A DNA stretch of 64,000 bases from a virus. Below are positions 20,853-30,534 of this stretch, one piece after another; position 1 is the first letter of the stretch; every line of letters begins with the position of its first letter. The notes beneath the pieces were generated by a model. That model was not told the origin of the DNA, made no database searches, and saw only the letters and a program-made list of their open reading frames with translations. The DNA lies in the IMG/VR virus record IMGVR_UViG_3300037088_000882, positions 1-64,000 of that record; one strand, written 5' to 3'. The position numbers were made by a program, and so were the translations under genes.

Positions 20853-23800
20853 ATGTCAATCATTGCTCCAATTATATTACTTCCTACTCCGAATAATTAT
20901 ACCACTGATATAAGCACTCAAACTTTATCTGGAACAACCGATCCTAATTCGGTTGGTATACAAGTAAATGGCTCGACTTTTGGAGTGTCATATACTCCTG
21001 GAGAGACCATATGGGCATGGGCTGGAACTTTATCTTTAGGTGTTAATGTCCTAAATATTGTTGCCATTGAAAAAACAACGAATAGTTTGAGCCCAGCAAC
21101 TACCATACAAATTACTCTAGTACAGAGTGGCTCGTTTGTAACAGTCTCCCCTCCTACTGGAATCCAGTTAAAACAATTTAAAAGCCAAATTCAAGTATTA
21201 AATGTTAAAAATCCCGAGGCCCAGACCCTGGGTTATAACTTTTATGTTAGCACACAAAGTGGTGGGATAAATAATACTTATGCAAAAATGAATTCAGTAC
21301 TTGTTACTGAATACTCTTTTTATGATGACCAAACTAAGTTATTGAGTAATGCTGTGGATACGGTTGGAAACATTAGAGTTACGACGACAACAGAAGAAGT
21401 CGATCGCATTTATTATTACTCTTACACATTTGATCAAACTACCTATATAAATTTGGTGAATGCTGGTTCGCTTCCTGCGGTAACCTTTTCACAAGATACC
21501 CCATTCTTCTTTGTGGTAACTGCAGTTATCTATGACCCAGTCCTGGGCCAGGTCTCGGAAAGTGCTTTTTCTGCAGAATTACAGGGATCTCCTATTACAA
21601 TTACCACAGGGCTTCAGGATCTGCCTGCTCGTACTCAGAATGATATAATCCTTACTTTTAGCCAAGAATTACTTACATCGAATGCAGGAATTGATACAAA
21701 GCCTGGTACGGTACTTCGGGATATGATGGATCCTATTTCGGAAGAAATGGCTCGAGTCTACGTAATCCAGGATTTCTTGTCTAACGCTTTAGGTGTGAGT
21801 ACCTTATTAGATTTTGATGATCCTAACCATACTGGATCCAGTGCTCCTGTTAGCTCTACCTTGAATAAACAGGCACTGAAAATGGCCTTGAATTTATCTA
21901 ATGATGGAGATGTCCAAAAGCTTATTGATAGTCAGTTCGATAAATTGGCTTCAAATGTTAATACAATTCGATTAGGTGCTACGCCTGCGGTCGGAACAGT
22001 AACCTTTTATCTACAAACAGCTCCTGTAAGAAATATGACCGTGAATCAGGGAGCTATTATTTCATCACTTGGTAATTTGGACCAGGGAATACCTTCTCAA
22101 AATTACACTGTTTTAGAGACTAAAACTTTAGATTACACGAATAAGGCTCAATTTTTTAATACCATAAGCAATCGTTATGAGTTGATTGTGAATGTTCAGG
22201 CTTCAACTCCTGGATCTGCCGGTAATACTGACTCTTATACGATTACTTCTATTTCATCTGGGGCTGATTCAGATTTCCAAGTAGAAAATCCGACTCCTAT
22301 AAGTTTTGGCCAGGATGTGGAAACCAATTACGAGCTTTCAACTCGAATCGAATTGGCTCTTTTTGCCGATACAGGTACAGCGGGCGGTTATGCAAAAACT
22401 GCTATCTCTGTTCCAAGTGTTCGTAATGTCCAGGTCATAGATGCTGGTGATCCCTTAATGATTCGAGATTATGATCCGATTAGGAATATCCATGTTGGTG
22501 GAAAAGTTGATCTCTATATCCAAGGGCGAGCGGTTAAGCAGGTATCCGATCAAATTGCTTTTTCTTTTGAAAGTGTAGGTGGACAAGGAACTCAGACGGG
22601 AGAATTATTTAATGTGGTAAATGCTCCTGCTTTTCAGTTCAAGTCTGAGAATCCCCGGGTCGGGCCTCATACCCCTATATTTGATGTTAGCAAAGTTCAT
22701 AATGCTACAAAAGGTAAAGATTACGATCTAACTAATTATCAGATCATAGATAACGGGGATACCATAGATCTTGATGAGACACTTGCAACGAACATTTCTA
22801 TTGGATTGGCATCTACTGATGTTGTTCGAGTTGACTATAAATTTAGAAGTTCAGATACTTTCATACTACAGCATCAGCCTGTACTCGGTATAAGTTCGGT
22901 TGTAGGGCAGATTTCAGGCCCTCTGACCTCGGATAACTGGGATTTGGTACAACTCCAGGACCCCTTAGATGAAGGTGGTTCTACAATAGCCCAGGACTCT
23001 ATTAGAATTAAATTTGCTAATAATCTCCCTCTGACACAGTTTCAGACAATTACGGATGAGTCTCATGTCCTGATCCTGGATCAGAATGAATCTTTGAATT
23101 TTATAGGGGCAGATCCGGAGTCCATTGTAATTAAGAACACGACTCGTACAATAACGTATGTCCAAAACACGGACTATAGGGTCATCCCAGGGACAGATAC
23201 TGTAGCCACGGCAGTTTTACTTATAGAGTCTGGTTCGATTCAAAATGGCCAGGAAGTTTTAATAAGCTATATCGCCATTGAAAATTTCATTATTACCTAC
23301 ACAACTAATAGCCTATTGGAAACCGTCCAGTTAAAAGTAAACACTATGAAGCATGCTTGTGCTGACGCCATTGTGAAACAGGATATCCAAAATGGTGTCG
23401 ACATGACCTTTACTGTGGTATCTAAAATATCAGCTACTGATGTTACAACAACTTCTCAGGTAATCAATCTTTTAGATTCTCAGATACGGACTGCTTTGAG
23501 TAATCTTGTTAACCAGCTTGGCGTGGGAGGTTCCCTAACTCAAAGTGCTGTTATTAAGGCTGTTCAGTCGATAAGTGATGTAAATTACATGATATTACCT
23601 ATGTCTCGTATGGTTAAGTCGGATAACTCCTTTATAGCTCGAGATCAGGTAGGTAAAACACAGTTTCAGATTTTTAATGAAGACGTAGTAAAATCTTATA
23701 TTACTGTGGTACCTGTGTTAACCTACAGCACAATTGCAGGCGGTGGTTCGGAAAACGCCTTTAGAGGGGTATTTGAGAACAGTTTACCTCTTGTCCTTCA

Positions 23801-24020
23801 GTCTGATCCTTTAGATGTCTCTGGAGGCTATGGCCGTGCTTATATTCAAGCCGATGGTAAGCTGGTCGTAAGTACCAAGGATGGTCAATTACCTGATACT
23901 AAGAATTATGAAGTTGCATATTTTGTGTTTGGTGAAAAGGGATCCAAAGATATTAATGCAGAATCAATTGAGAGTTTAATATTAGGGAATGTGGATATCC
24001 ATATTGTTACCCCTAGTTAA
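20853..24020 (+). CDS. Baseplate J-like (gp6-like) wedge protein
   Basis: Motifs DTKPGTVLRD, ATPAVGTVTF, GSAGN, GQDVETNYELSTRI and GGKVDLYIQG; ATG at 20853 preferred over TTG at 20829. Confidence 0.8.
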   Translation: MSIIAPIILLPTPNNYTTDISTQTLSGTTDPNSVGIQVNGSTFGVSYTPGETIWAWAGTLSLGVNVLNIVAIEKTTNSLSPATTIQITLVQSGSFVTVSPPTGIQLKQFKSQIQVLNVKNPEAQTLGYNFYVSTQSGGINNTYAKMNSVLVTEYSFYDDQTKLLSNAVDTVGNIRVTTTTEEVDRIYYYSYTFDQTTYINLVNAGSLPAVTFSQDTPFFFVVTAVIYDPVLGQVSESAFSAELQGSPITITTGLQDLPARTQNDIILTFSQELLTSNAGIDTKPGTVLRDMMDPISEEMARVYVIQDFLSNALGVSTLLDFDDPNHTGSSAPVSSTLNKQALKMALNLSNDGDVQKLIDSQFDKLASNVNTIRLGATPAVGTVTFYLQTAPVRNMTVNQGAIISSLGNLDQGIPSQNYTVLETKTLDYTNKAQFFNTISNRYELIVNVQASTPGSAGNTDSYTITSISSGADSDFQVENPTPISFGQDVETNYELSTRIELALFADTGTAGGYAKTAISVPSVRNVQVIDAGDPLMIRDYDPIRNIHVGGKVDLYIQGRAVKQVSDQIAFSFESVGGQGTQTGELFNVVNAPAFQFKSENPRVGPHTPIFDVSKVHNATKGKDYDLTNYQIIDNGDTIDLDETLATNISIGLASTDVVRVDYKFRSSDTFILQHQPVLGISSVVGQISGPLTSDNWDLVQLQDPLDEGGSTIAQDSIRIKFANNLPLTQFQTITDESHVLILDQNESLNFIGADPESIVIKNTTRTITYVQNTDYRVIPGTDTVATAVLLIESGSIQNGQEVLISYIAIENFIITYTTNSLLETVQLKVNTMKHACADAIVKQDIQNGVDMTFTVVSKISATDVTTTSQVINLLDSQIRTALSNLVNQLGVGGSLTQSAVIKAVQSISDVNYMILPMSRMVKSDNSFIARDQVGKTQFQIFNEDVVKSYITVVPVLTYSTIAGGGSENAFRGVFENSLPLVLQSDPLDVSGGYGRAYIQADGKLVVSTKDGQLPDTKNYEVAYFVFGEKGSKDINAESIESLILGNVDIHIVTPS

Positions 24021-24034
24021 GAAAGAGATATAAA

Positions 24035-27000
24035 ATGGCTGACAATTACGGAACAGGCGTTTCTTTTGTAGATCAAGTAACAGGGTATAATTATGATACG
24101 GTAGTTTTCCAAAAAGGAAAACCTCCGCTTGATACTGAATTAAATGCCGTCCAGCAGATTCGAAATCTTCTGGACCAGCGGGAGCATTCTACATTGCCTT
24201 CAGGATGGCTTACCCTAAAGCCTTTTTATACTAGTTCCTTATTATCAAATAGCTTTTACACGCAAGATCCTTCGGCGCCTACTCCTGAATATGCCTTGGT
24301 AAATGGTGACGTTCTACATATCACAAATACTGCAACAACAATTTCGAATACCAATTTAGTCGAACTTGGAGCACCTCCTCCAACAGGGAATCAGGTAAAT
24401 GGCATTTTCTTGGAAGTGTGGAGGGCATTATTATCTCCTGTAACAAGTACGAATCGTCCTGTACCTGAGACTATTATAAGTGCCTTAAAAGATATCAGTG
24501 TTATAGATAAGAATACGGCTTGGGCGGTTGGAGAAAATGGCCTTATATTAGCCACTCCTGATGCGGGCCAGACTTGGGCAATTCAGTTAATTGATTCAAA
24601 GAATACTTTAAATGGAGTTTTCTTTGTAACATCGACAATTGGATGGCTTGTAGGAACCAATGGTTGTATAGCTCGAACAACTTCGGGCGGGCAACGCTGG
24701 AATGTTTTAGCCACGGGATTTAATCAAGATCTTAATAGTATCTACGCCGCTTCTCAGCTGAATGCCTGGGCGGTTGGTAATTCAGGAGTGATTCTGAATA
24801 CTTCTAATGCAGTAACCTGGCTGGCTCAGACAAGTGGTGTGAGTGTTGATTTGAACTCAGTTTATTTTTCGACTTTAAATCCTCTTATTGGTTGGGTAGT
24901 TGGAAAAAATGGAACCATTTTAAGAACAACTGATGGTGGAGCAAACTGGATTAAAGTGGCCAGTGGTACTACAATTGATTTGAATTCAGTTTTTTTCTAT
25001 AATTTGAATGAAGGGTTTGCTGTAGGAAATGCTGGTACGATACTTAAGTCTACTGATGGTGGACGAACTTGGATCGGATTATCCTCTGGAGTTACGGTAG
25101 ATTTAACCGATGTGGCCATGACCCCGAGTCTTGATCAACAAGTTGTTGGTGAAGAAGTAACTTCTCAATTTACTGGGTCTAATAAAAATTTCGTTACGAT
25201 GAATGCCCCTATTACAGTGGGTGACGGTAAAGGGACAATAACAAATGTTCCTGCTGATGTTATAGTTACTGTCAATGGTGTTCAGGTTGGTGTTGATGTA
25301 GTTGTTGGAGCTACAGGCCAAATTGTTTTGGCCTTGCCTCCTCGAGCTTGTGATACGGTAAAAGTGACTTATTATTATAGAATCACCAATAATGTTTTTC
25401 GTGGGAACGCTTACGTGTCGGGAAAAACTGGAACTGTTTTATACTCAGGAGATGTTGGAGCTACTTGGGTTCCTCAATCTTCGGGAGTGTTTTATGATTT
25501 AAATGCTGTTGCTTTTGCTGATTTAAAAGATGGGTGGCTTGTAGGTCTTTCATCTATAATACGTCATACCATGGACTCGGGAACGACTTGGTTACCTCAA
25601 TCAAGTAATATTCCGTACCGACAAATACAGAGAGTGTTTCTTGAAGGTAATATTCTGGTTGGGGGTGGGTCAGGTTATCTTCCTGATGATTCTATACATC
25701 CTGATGTGAATATAGAAACTACTGAGCGTGTTCAAATTCAATATGCTATTCGTACTGTGAATAACGTAGATCCACTTAATTTCCCTGATTCAGGGCTTGG
25801 ATCTCAAGTAGTCTTATCTATTGGGCCAAACGCATCAGGAACGTTTGCTTATGAGAATATGGGCTCTATTAATGGGGATTATGGCCTATGGAGAGCCAAG
25901 TGTGCAAACACTGTTGATGGGTACTGTTATGCTATTCCAATGTTTTTCGTAAATAGACGTAATGCTTCTGATTATAATCCTTCAAGTAATTCAAATGGCA
26001 CGACAAATTATACCACTGATGCAATACGACTAGATCTTCTTAGTGCTAGTAATGTTGTTGATTCGGATATTTTAGATGTTAGAAGAATGATCCAGGTTCC
26101 TGCTGTTGCAGAATTGTTGGATGCATCCTTTGAGCAGCTTATGGACGGTCGATTAAAAACAAGGATGGCTCTTGATACGGTTGGTGGAGATAAATTCGGA
26201 ACTGAGATTTTTCAACTGGATAGAGTAGGACCTGGAAGTTTTGGGTCTTTAATTCCTAATGCCTTATTTAAGGATGCCGTGGATGGAAATATCTCTTCTC
26301 AAGTATCCCTGAGCCCTGTGACTTACCCTATTTTAGTTCCTGCTTCAAGACCTGTTCCTCCTACTCAGACTTTTACAGATAGTAGTGGTGTGTTCCATCC
26401 TAATTCCATGTATTATTCAGCAGTCTATCAAGATACTACTCGACCTATTCCAGGATTTTTTGAAGGGTTTGGCACTAAGCAGTTAACGTTTACCTTTGAT
26501 AGCTCTGCCAATACTCAGGCCGAGGATCCGGGCTTATCTGGTCTAAATTACTTTATCAATACCACTCAGGTGAATGTAAGTTCTCTTGCTTTAACTCATG
26601 TTCCAAGTAAACCTGGTCTAGTGAAAAACACTCGTACAGGAAGTATTGATTTTTATTATCAAGGAGTCTTTGATTCTGAGACTTCTGGTCGAGTTATTGA
26701 ACAGTGGCCTTCGGATGCTGGTGCAGGATATATTAATTATGCTGTTGTTTATCCAGGTAGTGACGTGGCTACGCCTGAGACCAAGACCATGGCCTCTACT
26801 GTTGAGTTACATTATTTTATAAAGACTGATAGCAGTAATGTGCTCGGTACAGATACATTAGTTTTATCTTCTATTCTTGCTCCTCCCGATGCATCAACAG
26901 CATATAATATTTTATCTGTTTCTAAGTTAAATAACGTGACTGCAGGATACTCTTATAAGATTAAGGATATTGTTTTTCCTACGATTACAACAATTAATTT

Positions 27001-28075
27001 GCAGACTGCTCCAGGATTCCCTTTTATAACGGGAACAGTTTTTGAAGTGGTTGGTCAATGTCTTTCTTCAGTCATAAATGGCTATAAAAATAGGAATGGA
27101 GCTTCAGTTAATTTCACTCAGAGTGAGAAAAAAATTGGAACTTTCTGTTCTTCCGTGCTTCTTACTGATACTAATAGGGATATACATAATACGATCACCC
27201 TTACTCTACCAAACAATGATACAATTATAGGGGTTTCTTCAACTGATTCGACTGGGGCTGTAGGTTCGATTTTACCCTTTTGTTGGGCTGCGCCTGTTGC
27301 AGGTAGTTCTTATGGGAGTATTCACCCAATTAAAATCTTAAGTGATTTTACAAATAATTCTATTGTTTTTAATATAATAGATAATGCTTCAATAACGACC
27401 TCTCCTACTTCTGTTACTGTACAGGTTTTGACAAGACAGAATAATTTGCCCTATAGTGTGGAAAATTCTACTGATAGTTTGCAAATTGGCTATAGTTATA
27501 TACCATATCAGTCTATTTCGGAATTACCTACGACCTTGACTGCTCAGATTGCTCTTAAGCCTACAGTGGTTAACGTTTCCACTTTAGGTACTGGAGGAAG
27601 CGTTTTTACACGGGAACCTTATCAACAACCTTTAATTAATATTCCTGTGAATGATCCTTTGATTCCAGATGATAATAGTTTTTATAACATTGAGCCGTTA
27701 CGTTTTGCTAACTTTTCGATTGATGGGGGATTTGCTCAGTTACCTGCATATGTTCCAGGTAATCTAAATGGATCTTTAGTTTTATCTGAGCCTACAAAGG
27801 ATAATCAATCACGGTATTATTATGGAATAAGTTCAAGAGAGTTTAATTTCCGAACTGAGGGTTTACTGACTCCTGCGGCACGTAAGGTTTTTGCAGGACT
27901 TCTTGGTCGAGTTCTTACTTCTTCCGATAATAAGTTACTTCGAGGAGAGTATGTTTTGATAATAGTGTCGAAGAATGAATCTTTGAGTTTAGAAAATTCG
28001 GCAGGTTTCACGGCCAATGCTAATAGTGTAATAGCAATTTACAGATTACCTAATCGACCAATTGTAAGGATTTAA
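24035..28075 (+). CDS. Tail fibre/baseplate receptor-binding-like protein with BNR/YCF48-type beta-propeller repeats
   Basis: N-terminal VVFQKGKPPLDTELN; about 7 repeats of LNSV.F....GW.VG..G.IL.T.DGG..W. Confidence 0.75.
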   Translation: MADNYGTGVSFVDQVTGYNYDTVVFQKGKPPLDTELNAVQQIRNLLDQREHSTLPSGWLTLKPFYTSSLLSNSFYTQDPSAPTPEYALVNGDVLHITNTATTISNTNLVELGAPPPTGNQVNGIFLEVWRALLSPVTSTNRPVPETIISALKDISVIDKNTAWAVGENGLILATPDAGQTWAIQLIDSKNTLNGVFFVTSTIGWLVGTNGCIARTTSGGQRWNVLATGFNQDLNSIYAASQLNAWAVGNSGVILNTSNAVTWLAQTSGVSVDLNSVYFSTLNPLIGWVVGKNGTILRTTDGGANWIKVASGTTIDLNSVFFYNLNEGFAVGNAGTILKSTDGGRTWIGLSSGVTVDLTDVAMTPSLDQQVVGEEVTSQFTGSNKNFVTMNAPITVGDGKGTITNVPADVIVTVNGVQVGVDVVVGATGQIVLALPPRACDTVKVTYYYRITNNVFRGNAYVSGKTGTVLYSGDVGATWVPQSSGVFYDLNAVAFADLKDGWLVGLSSIIRHTMDSGTTWLPQSSNIPYRQIQRVFLEGNILVGGGSGYLPDDSIHPDVNIETTERVQIQYAIRTVNNVDPLNFPDSGLGSQVVLSIGPNASGTFAYENMGSINGDYGLWRAKCANTVDGYCYAIPMFFVNRRNASDYNPSSNSNGTTNYTTDAIRLDLLSASNVVDSDILDVRRMIQVPAVAELLDASFEQLMDGRLKTRMALDTVGGDKFGTEIFQLDRVGPGSFGSLIPNALFKDAVDGNISSQVSLSPVTYPILVPASRPVPPTQTFTDSSGVFHPNSMYYSAVYQDTTRPIPGFFEGFGTKQLTFTFDSSANTQAEDPGLSGLNYFINTTQVNVSSLALTHVPSKPGLVKNTRTGSIDFYYQGVFDSETSGRVIEQWPSDAGAGYINYAVVYPGSDVATPETKTMASTVELHYFIKTDSSNVLGTDTLVLSSILAPPDASTAYNILSVSKLNNVTAGYSYKIKDIVFPTITTINLQTAPGFPFITGTVFEVVGQCLSSVINGYKNRNGASVNFTQSEKKIGTFCSSVLLTDTNRDIHNTITLTLPNNDTIIGVSSTDSTGAVGSILPFCWAAPVAGSSYGSIHPIKILSDFTNNSIVFNIIDNASITTSPTSVTVQVLTRQNNLPYSVENSTDSLQIGYSYIPYQSISELPTTLTAQIALKPTVVNVSTLGTGGSVFTREPYQQPLINIPVNDPLIPDDNSFYNIEPLRFANFSIDGGFAQLPAYVPGNLNGSLVLSEPTKDNQSRYYYGISSREFNFRTEGLLTPAARKVFAGLLGRVLTSSDNKLLRGEYVLIIVSKNESLSLENSAGFTANANSVIAIYRLPNRPIVRI

Positions 28076-28076
28076 T

Positions 28077-28439
28077 ATGCTGACTACAACAAAATCGACG
28101 AATTTCGGTATAGAAATTCAGGATTCAACGGTTTCCATTCTTCCAGGGACCGCGAGGATTGGAAATAGACTCTACCCTTTTACTGGGACTCGAACGACCT
28201 ACACTCAAATGTTGAGTTTTGGTCCTACAGATGTAAATAAATACCAGAATATTCTTCTTTATTTAAACGATCCAACTGGAGTGCCTAATTTAGCCAGTGC
28301 CGTATCGTTGCCTGTATCAAGTCCTACTGATTTGAATATTCCTGAAATGCCTGATTCATCTGGATTTCCTATAAGTTTATTCACTCTTTTATCTCCAGAT
28401 GGAACAAATGCGACACTCGTCTCATATACGGCTATTTAA
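28077..28439 (+). CDS. Hypothetical virion protein (last gene of the structural operon)
   Basis: 120-aa ORF abutting the tail-fibre gene. Confidence 0.5.
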   Translation: MLTTTKSTNFGIEIQDSTVSILPGTARIGNRLYPFTGTRTTYTQMLSFGPTDVNKYQNILLYLNDPTGVPNLASAVSLPVSSPTDLNIPEMPDSSGFPISLFTLLSPDGTNATLVSYTAI

Positions 28440-28616
28440 TTACCATAAGGGCTTTTGGTAGCCATTTTTTGAGTAATTCCCGTTTACACTTCCTTTGCTT
28501 TTATCCCGTTCCGAAAGGGGCCTTGTTTCAGGGCTCCCGCATCCGGGACAAAGATCTGCACCCGTCTTATCTCTGAATGTTTTTCCACAGTCAATGCAAA
28601 CTTTCTCACTGGACAT
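28440..28616 (-). CDS. Small zinc-ribbon protein (58 aa; not in ORF track)
   Basis: MSSEKVCIDCGKTFRDKTGADLCPGCGSPET..., CxxC-x12-CxxC, AAGGAG RBS upstream. Confidence 0.65.
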   Translation of the reverse strand: MSSEKVCIDCGKTFRDKTGADLCPGCGSPETRPLSERDKSKGSVNGNYSKNGYQKPLW

Positions 28617-28628
28617 AAATGCTCCTTT

Positions 28629-28745
28629 TTAATGTTTTAAGGCTATTGCTTTAGACACTATAACTGAAGCTACGAGAAGGAAGATCACTATAAGGACGAT
28701 TGCTTCCATTATAGTGACCCCTTTTTTGTTTTTGAGTTTAATCAT
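28629..28745 (-). CDS. 38-aa type IV prepilin-like peptide (not in ORF track)
   Basis: MIKLKNKKG|VTIMEAIVLIVIFLLVASVIVSKAIALKH: basic leader, Gly at -1, Glu at +5, hydrophobic helix; packed between neighbouring ORFs. Confidence 0.55.
   Translation of the reverse strand: MIKLKNKKGVTIMEAIVLIVIFLLVASVIVSKAIALKH
28685..28733 (+). terminator. Possible intrinsic terminator for the + strand structural operon
   Basis: Inverted repeat TCACTATAA/TTATAGTGA followed by CCCCTTTTTTGTTTTT near the convergence of the + and - gene blocks. Confidence 0.35.
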
Positions 28746-28753
28746 AGTCAATT

Positions 28754-30280
28754 TTATTTAATAAATATTTTTGATCTGTATGTGTTATTTATGTTTGATA
28801 TTTGAATTAGACATTCTCCCGAGCAAGGGATTTTAATATTAGAATTATTTAATAAGGTTTGATAAATAAGTCGCCCTTGCAAATTCAGAACTGTTAAATG
28901 GTAAACATCTTTGTCGAAAGATGTAAGATGAAAGATTGTTTGGCCATTTATTTTTATTGCTTTTTCAGCGTAAATTTTATTCCCCGTGTTTATGGCTACA
29001 GGAGGAGGACTAGTGAAATGAAAAGAAATTGTATCTGGTACTGAGCCTCCCAAGTATACACATATTAGACCTGATCCAGTATCTATAGGTGAGAAAGTCC
29101 ATACACTATCATTAGCTGGAATTTTACTTGTCCTAACACCATTGGTGATGGACCAATCGGCTTTTAAACAAACCCATTGATTATTATCTATACGTCTGCC
29201 TTGGACTTGTAGTGACGTACTTTGGCCGGTGAGTAAATTTAGATTTTTTATAACCTGGCTATTTCCAGTGGTAATTCTGAGTGAGTCATAAAAAGATAAT
29301 ACTATAAAAGCTTTTGCCGTTTTAGTCATTTTTCCTAATGAGTCAGTTACCGTTAGAGTGACTGAATCAATACCAAAAGCTGAAGGATTCCATGCATAAG
29401 ATAAGGCTGTTCGACTCAACTGTACAGAAGTAGAATTTCCGATTTTTATGTATTGATATTGAATCCCTGCTGGTACTGTAGAAGTCCATGTTATTTGTTG
29501 CGGTGTTCCGATATATGCGATTAATGATGTGTTCGTTATAGATACGGTAGGAAGAGGGGCAGATATATTAAAAGAATCAGATGCAACATTATTAAAAGTG
29601 TCGGCATTCCAAGCACATATTTTGAAATTAACCCGGCCTATGTCAGTAGAGGTTGGAGTCCAGGAATAAGTGGATGATGTAGGACTAAGAGTGTCGAGTC
29701 TTGTAAAAGGTCTACCACTATGGCTTATCCATATAGATTGGGCTGTCACGGCAACGGTATCTTTTGTGATCCACTGGAATATAATTGGAGTTTTAATATA
29801 AGAATTTGGAGGAGTGGTTATTGAGATTGATGGAGGTTTTTCTAGTGCTCCTGATCCCATCATTGATAATGGCCAATGTTTACATATGTAAACTAAACTA
29901 TCTACGAGGCTGTCCTTGAGATCTAGTAACCAATATGCTTTATTATGAATTGTAATTACACCTGTCCAATAATCTCCTGCAGTAATTGTATGAGTAAGAG
30001 TTTTAGCTGATGATACGCCATTAGCCACAAAAGTTTTTATAGTATCATAAAAAATACTATCTGGACCGTATGGGTTGAGAGGCTTGTCATTAACGTCACA
30101 TACTTTACCCCGAAATGATACATAAAAATTCGTTTTTGAGGAGGTCCCGTACTGGACTATTGAATTTGATGCGTTAAAGATGTTTCCTGAAATTTTAAAA
30201 GTGAAACCTAATGCAGCTGAAGTAGAAAAGGACAGAAGAAACGTTAAGGTGATGGTGAGAATTAATTTATTCACAGGCAT
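28754..30280 (-). CDS. Secreted Ig-like repeat protein with T9SS-type C-terminal sorting-like domain
   Basis: Signal peptide; two PxxSIT..ITW..W.P Ig-like modules; C-terminus LTVLNLQGRLIY..LIQI..KIFIK; true start may be GTG at 30274 given RBS spacing. Confidence 0.6.
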   Translation of the reverse strand: MPVNKLILTITLTFLLSFSTSAALGFTFKISGNIFNASNSIVQYGTSSKTNFYVSFRGKVCDVNDKPLNPYGPDSIFYDTIKTFVANGVSSAKTLTHTITAGDYWTGVITIHNKAYWLLDLKDSLVDSLVYICKHWPLSMMGSGALEKPPSISITTPPNSYIKTPIIFQWITKDTVAVTAQSIWISHSGRPFTRLDTLSPTSSTYSWTPTSTDIGRVNFKICAWNADTFNNVASDSFNISAPLPTVSITNTSLIAYIGTPQQITWTSTVPAGIQYQYIKIGNSTSVQLSRTALSYAWNPSAFGIDSVTLTVTDSLGKMTKTAKAFIVLSFYDSLRITTGNSQVIKNLNLLTGQSTSLQVQGRRIDNNQWVCLKADWSITNGVRTSKIPANDSVWTFSPIDTGSGLICVYLGGSVPDTISFHFTSPPPVAINTGNKIYAEKAIKINGQTIFHLTSFDKDVYHLTVLNLQGRLIYQTLLNNSNIKIPCSGECLIQISNINNTYRSKIFIK

Positions 30281-30326
30281 CTCCTTTCTTTTTGGGTTTG
30301 AGTGCCTATGACTATATTATACATGT
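30271..30326 (-). repeat. Promoter/RBS cassette copy 1 (paralog of 31881-31932)
   Basis: acatgTATAAT..TCATAGGCA..AAACC..AAAAAGAAAGGA..GCCTGTGAA is shared by both copies. Confidence 0.7.
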
Positions 30327-30365
30327 TTTTTTAAGAAAAGATTAGTATGTCGGAAAAATAGATTA

Positions 30366-30530
30366 TTATTTTTCTAAATCTAACTTGATTATTTTAACCG
30401 TATACCCTGTACGTTTGTAAGGTTCTGACATTTTCTCGGCATGCTTCAAGGTCGAGATCTCTCGAGTGATAAGTTTCCATCGATCTGCTACTTTATAACA
30501 GGCAATATAATTATCTGGCTCTTTACTCAT
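30366..30530 (-). CDS. Small hypothetical protein (54 aa; not in ORF track)
   Basis: MSKEPDNYIACYKVADRWKLITRE...; starts 4 nt after the upstream stop codon. Confidence 0.5.
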   Translation of the reverse strand: MSKEPDNYIACYKVADRWKLITREISTLKHAEKMSEPYKRTGYTVKIIKLDLEK

Positions 30531-30534
30531 ATAT

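Noticed and set aside
1005-28439. Bacterial contractile injection system or tailocin rather than a phage
   Set aside because: The gene density, tRNA arrays and numerous phage-type accessory genes fit a large phage genome, although capsid genes are not in this window.
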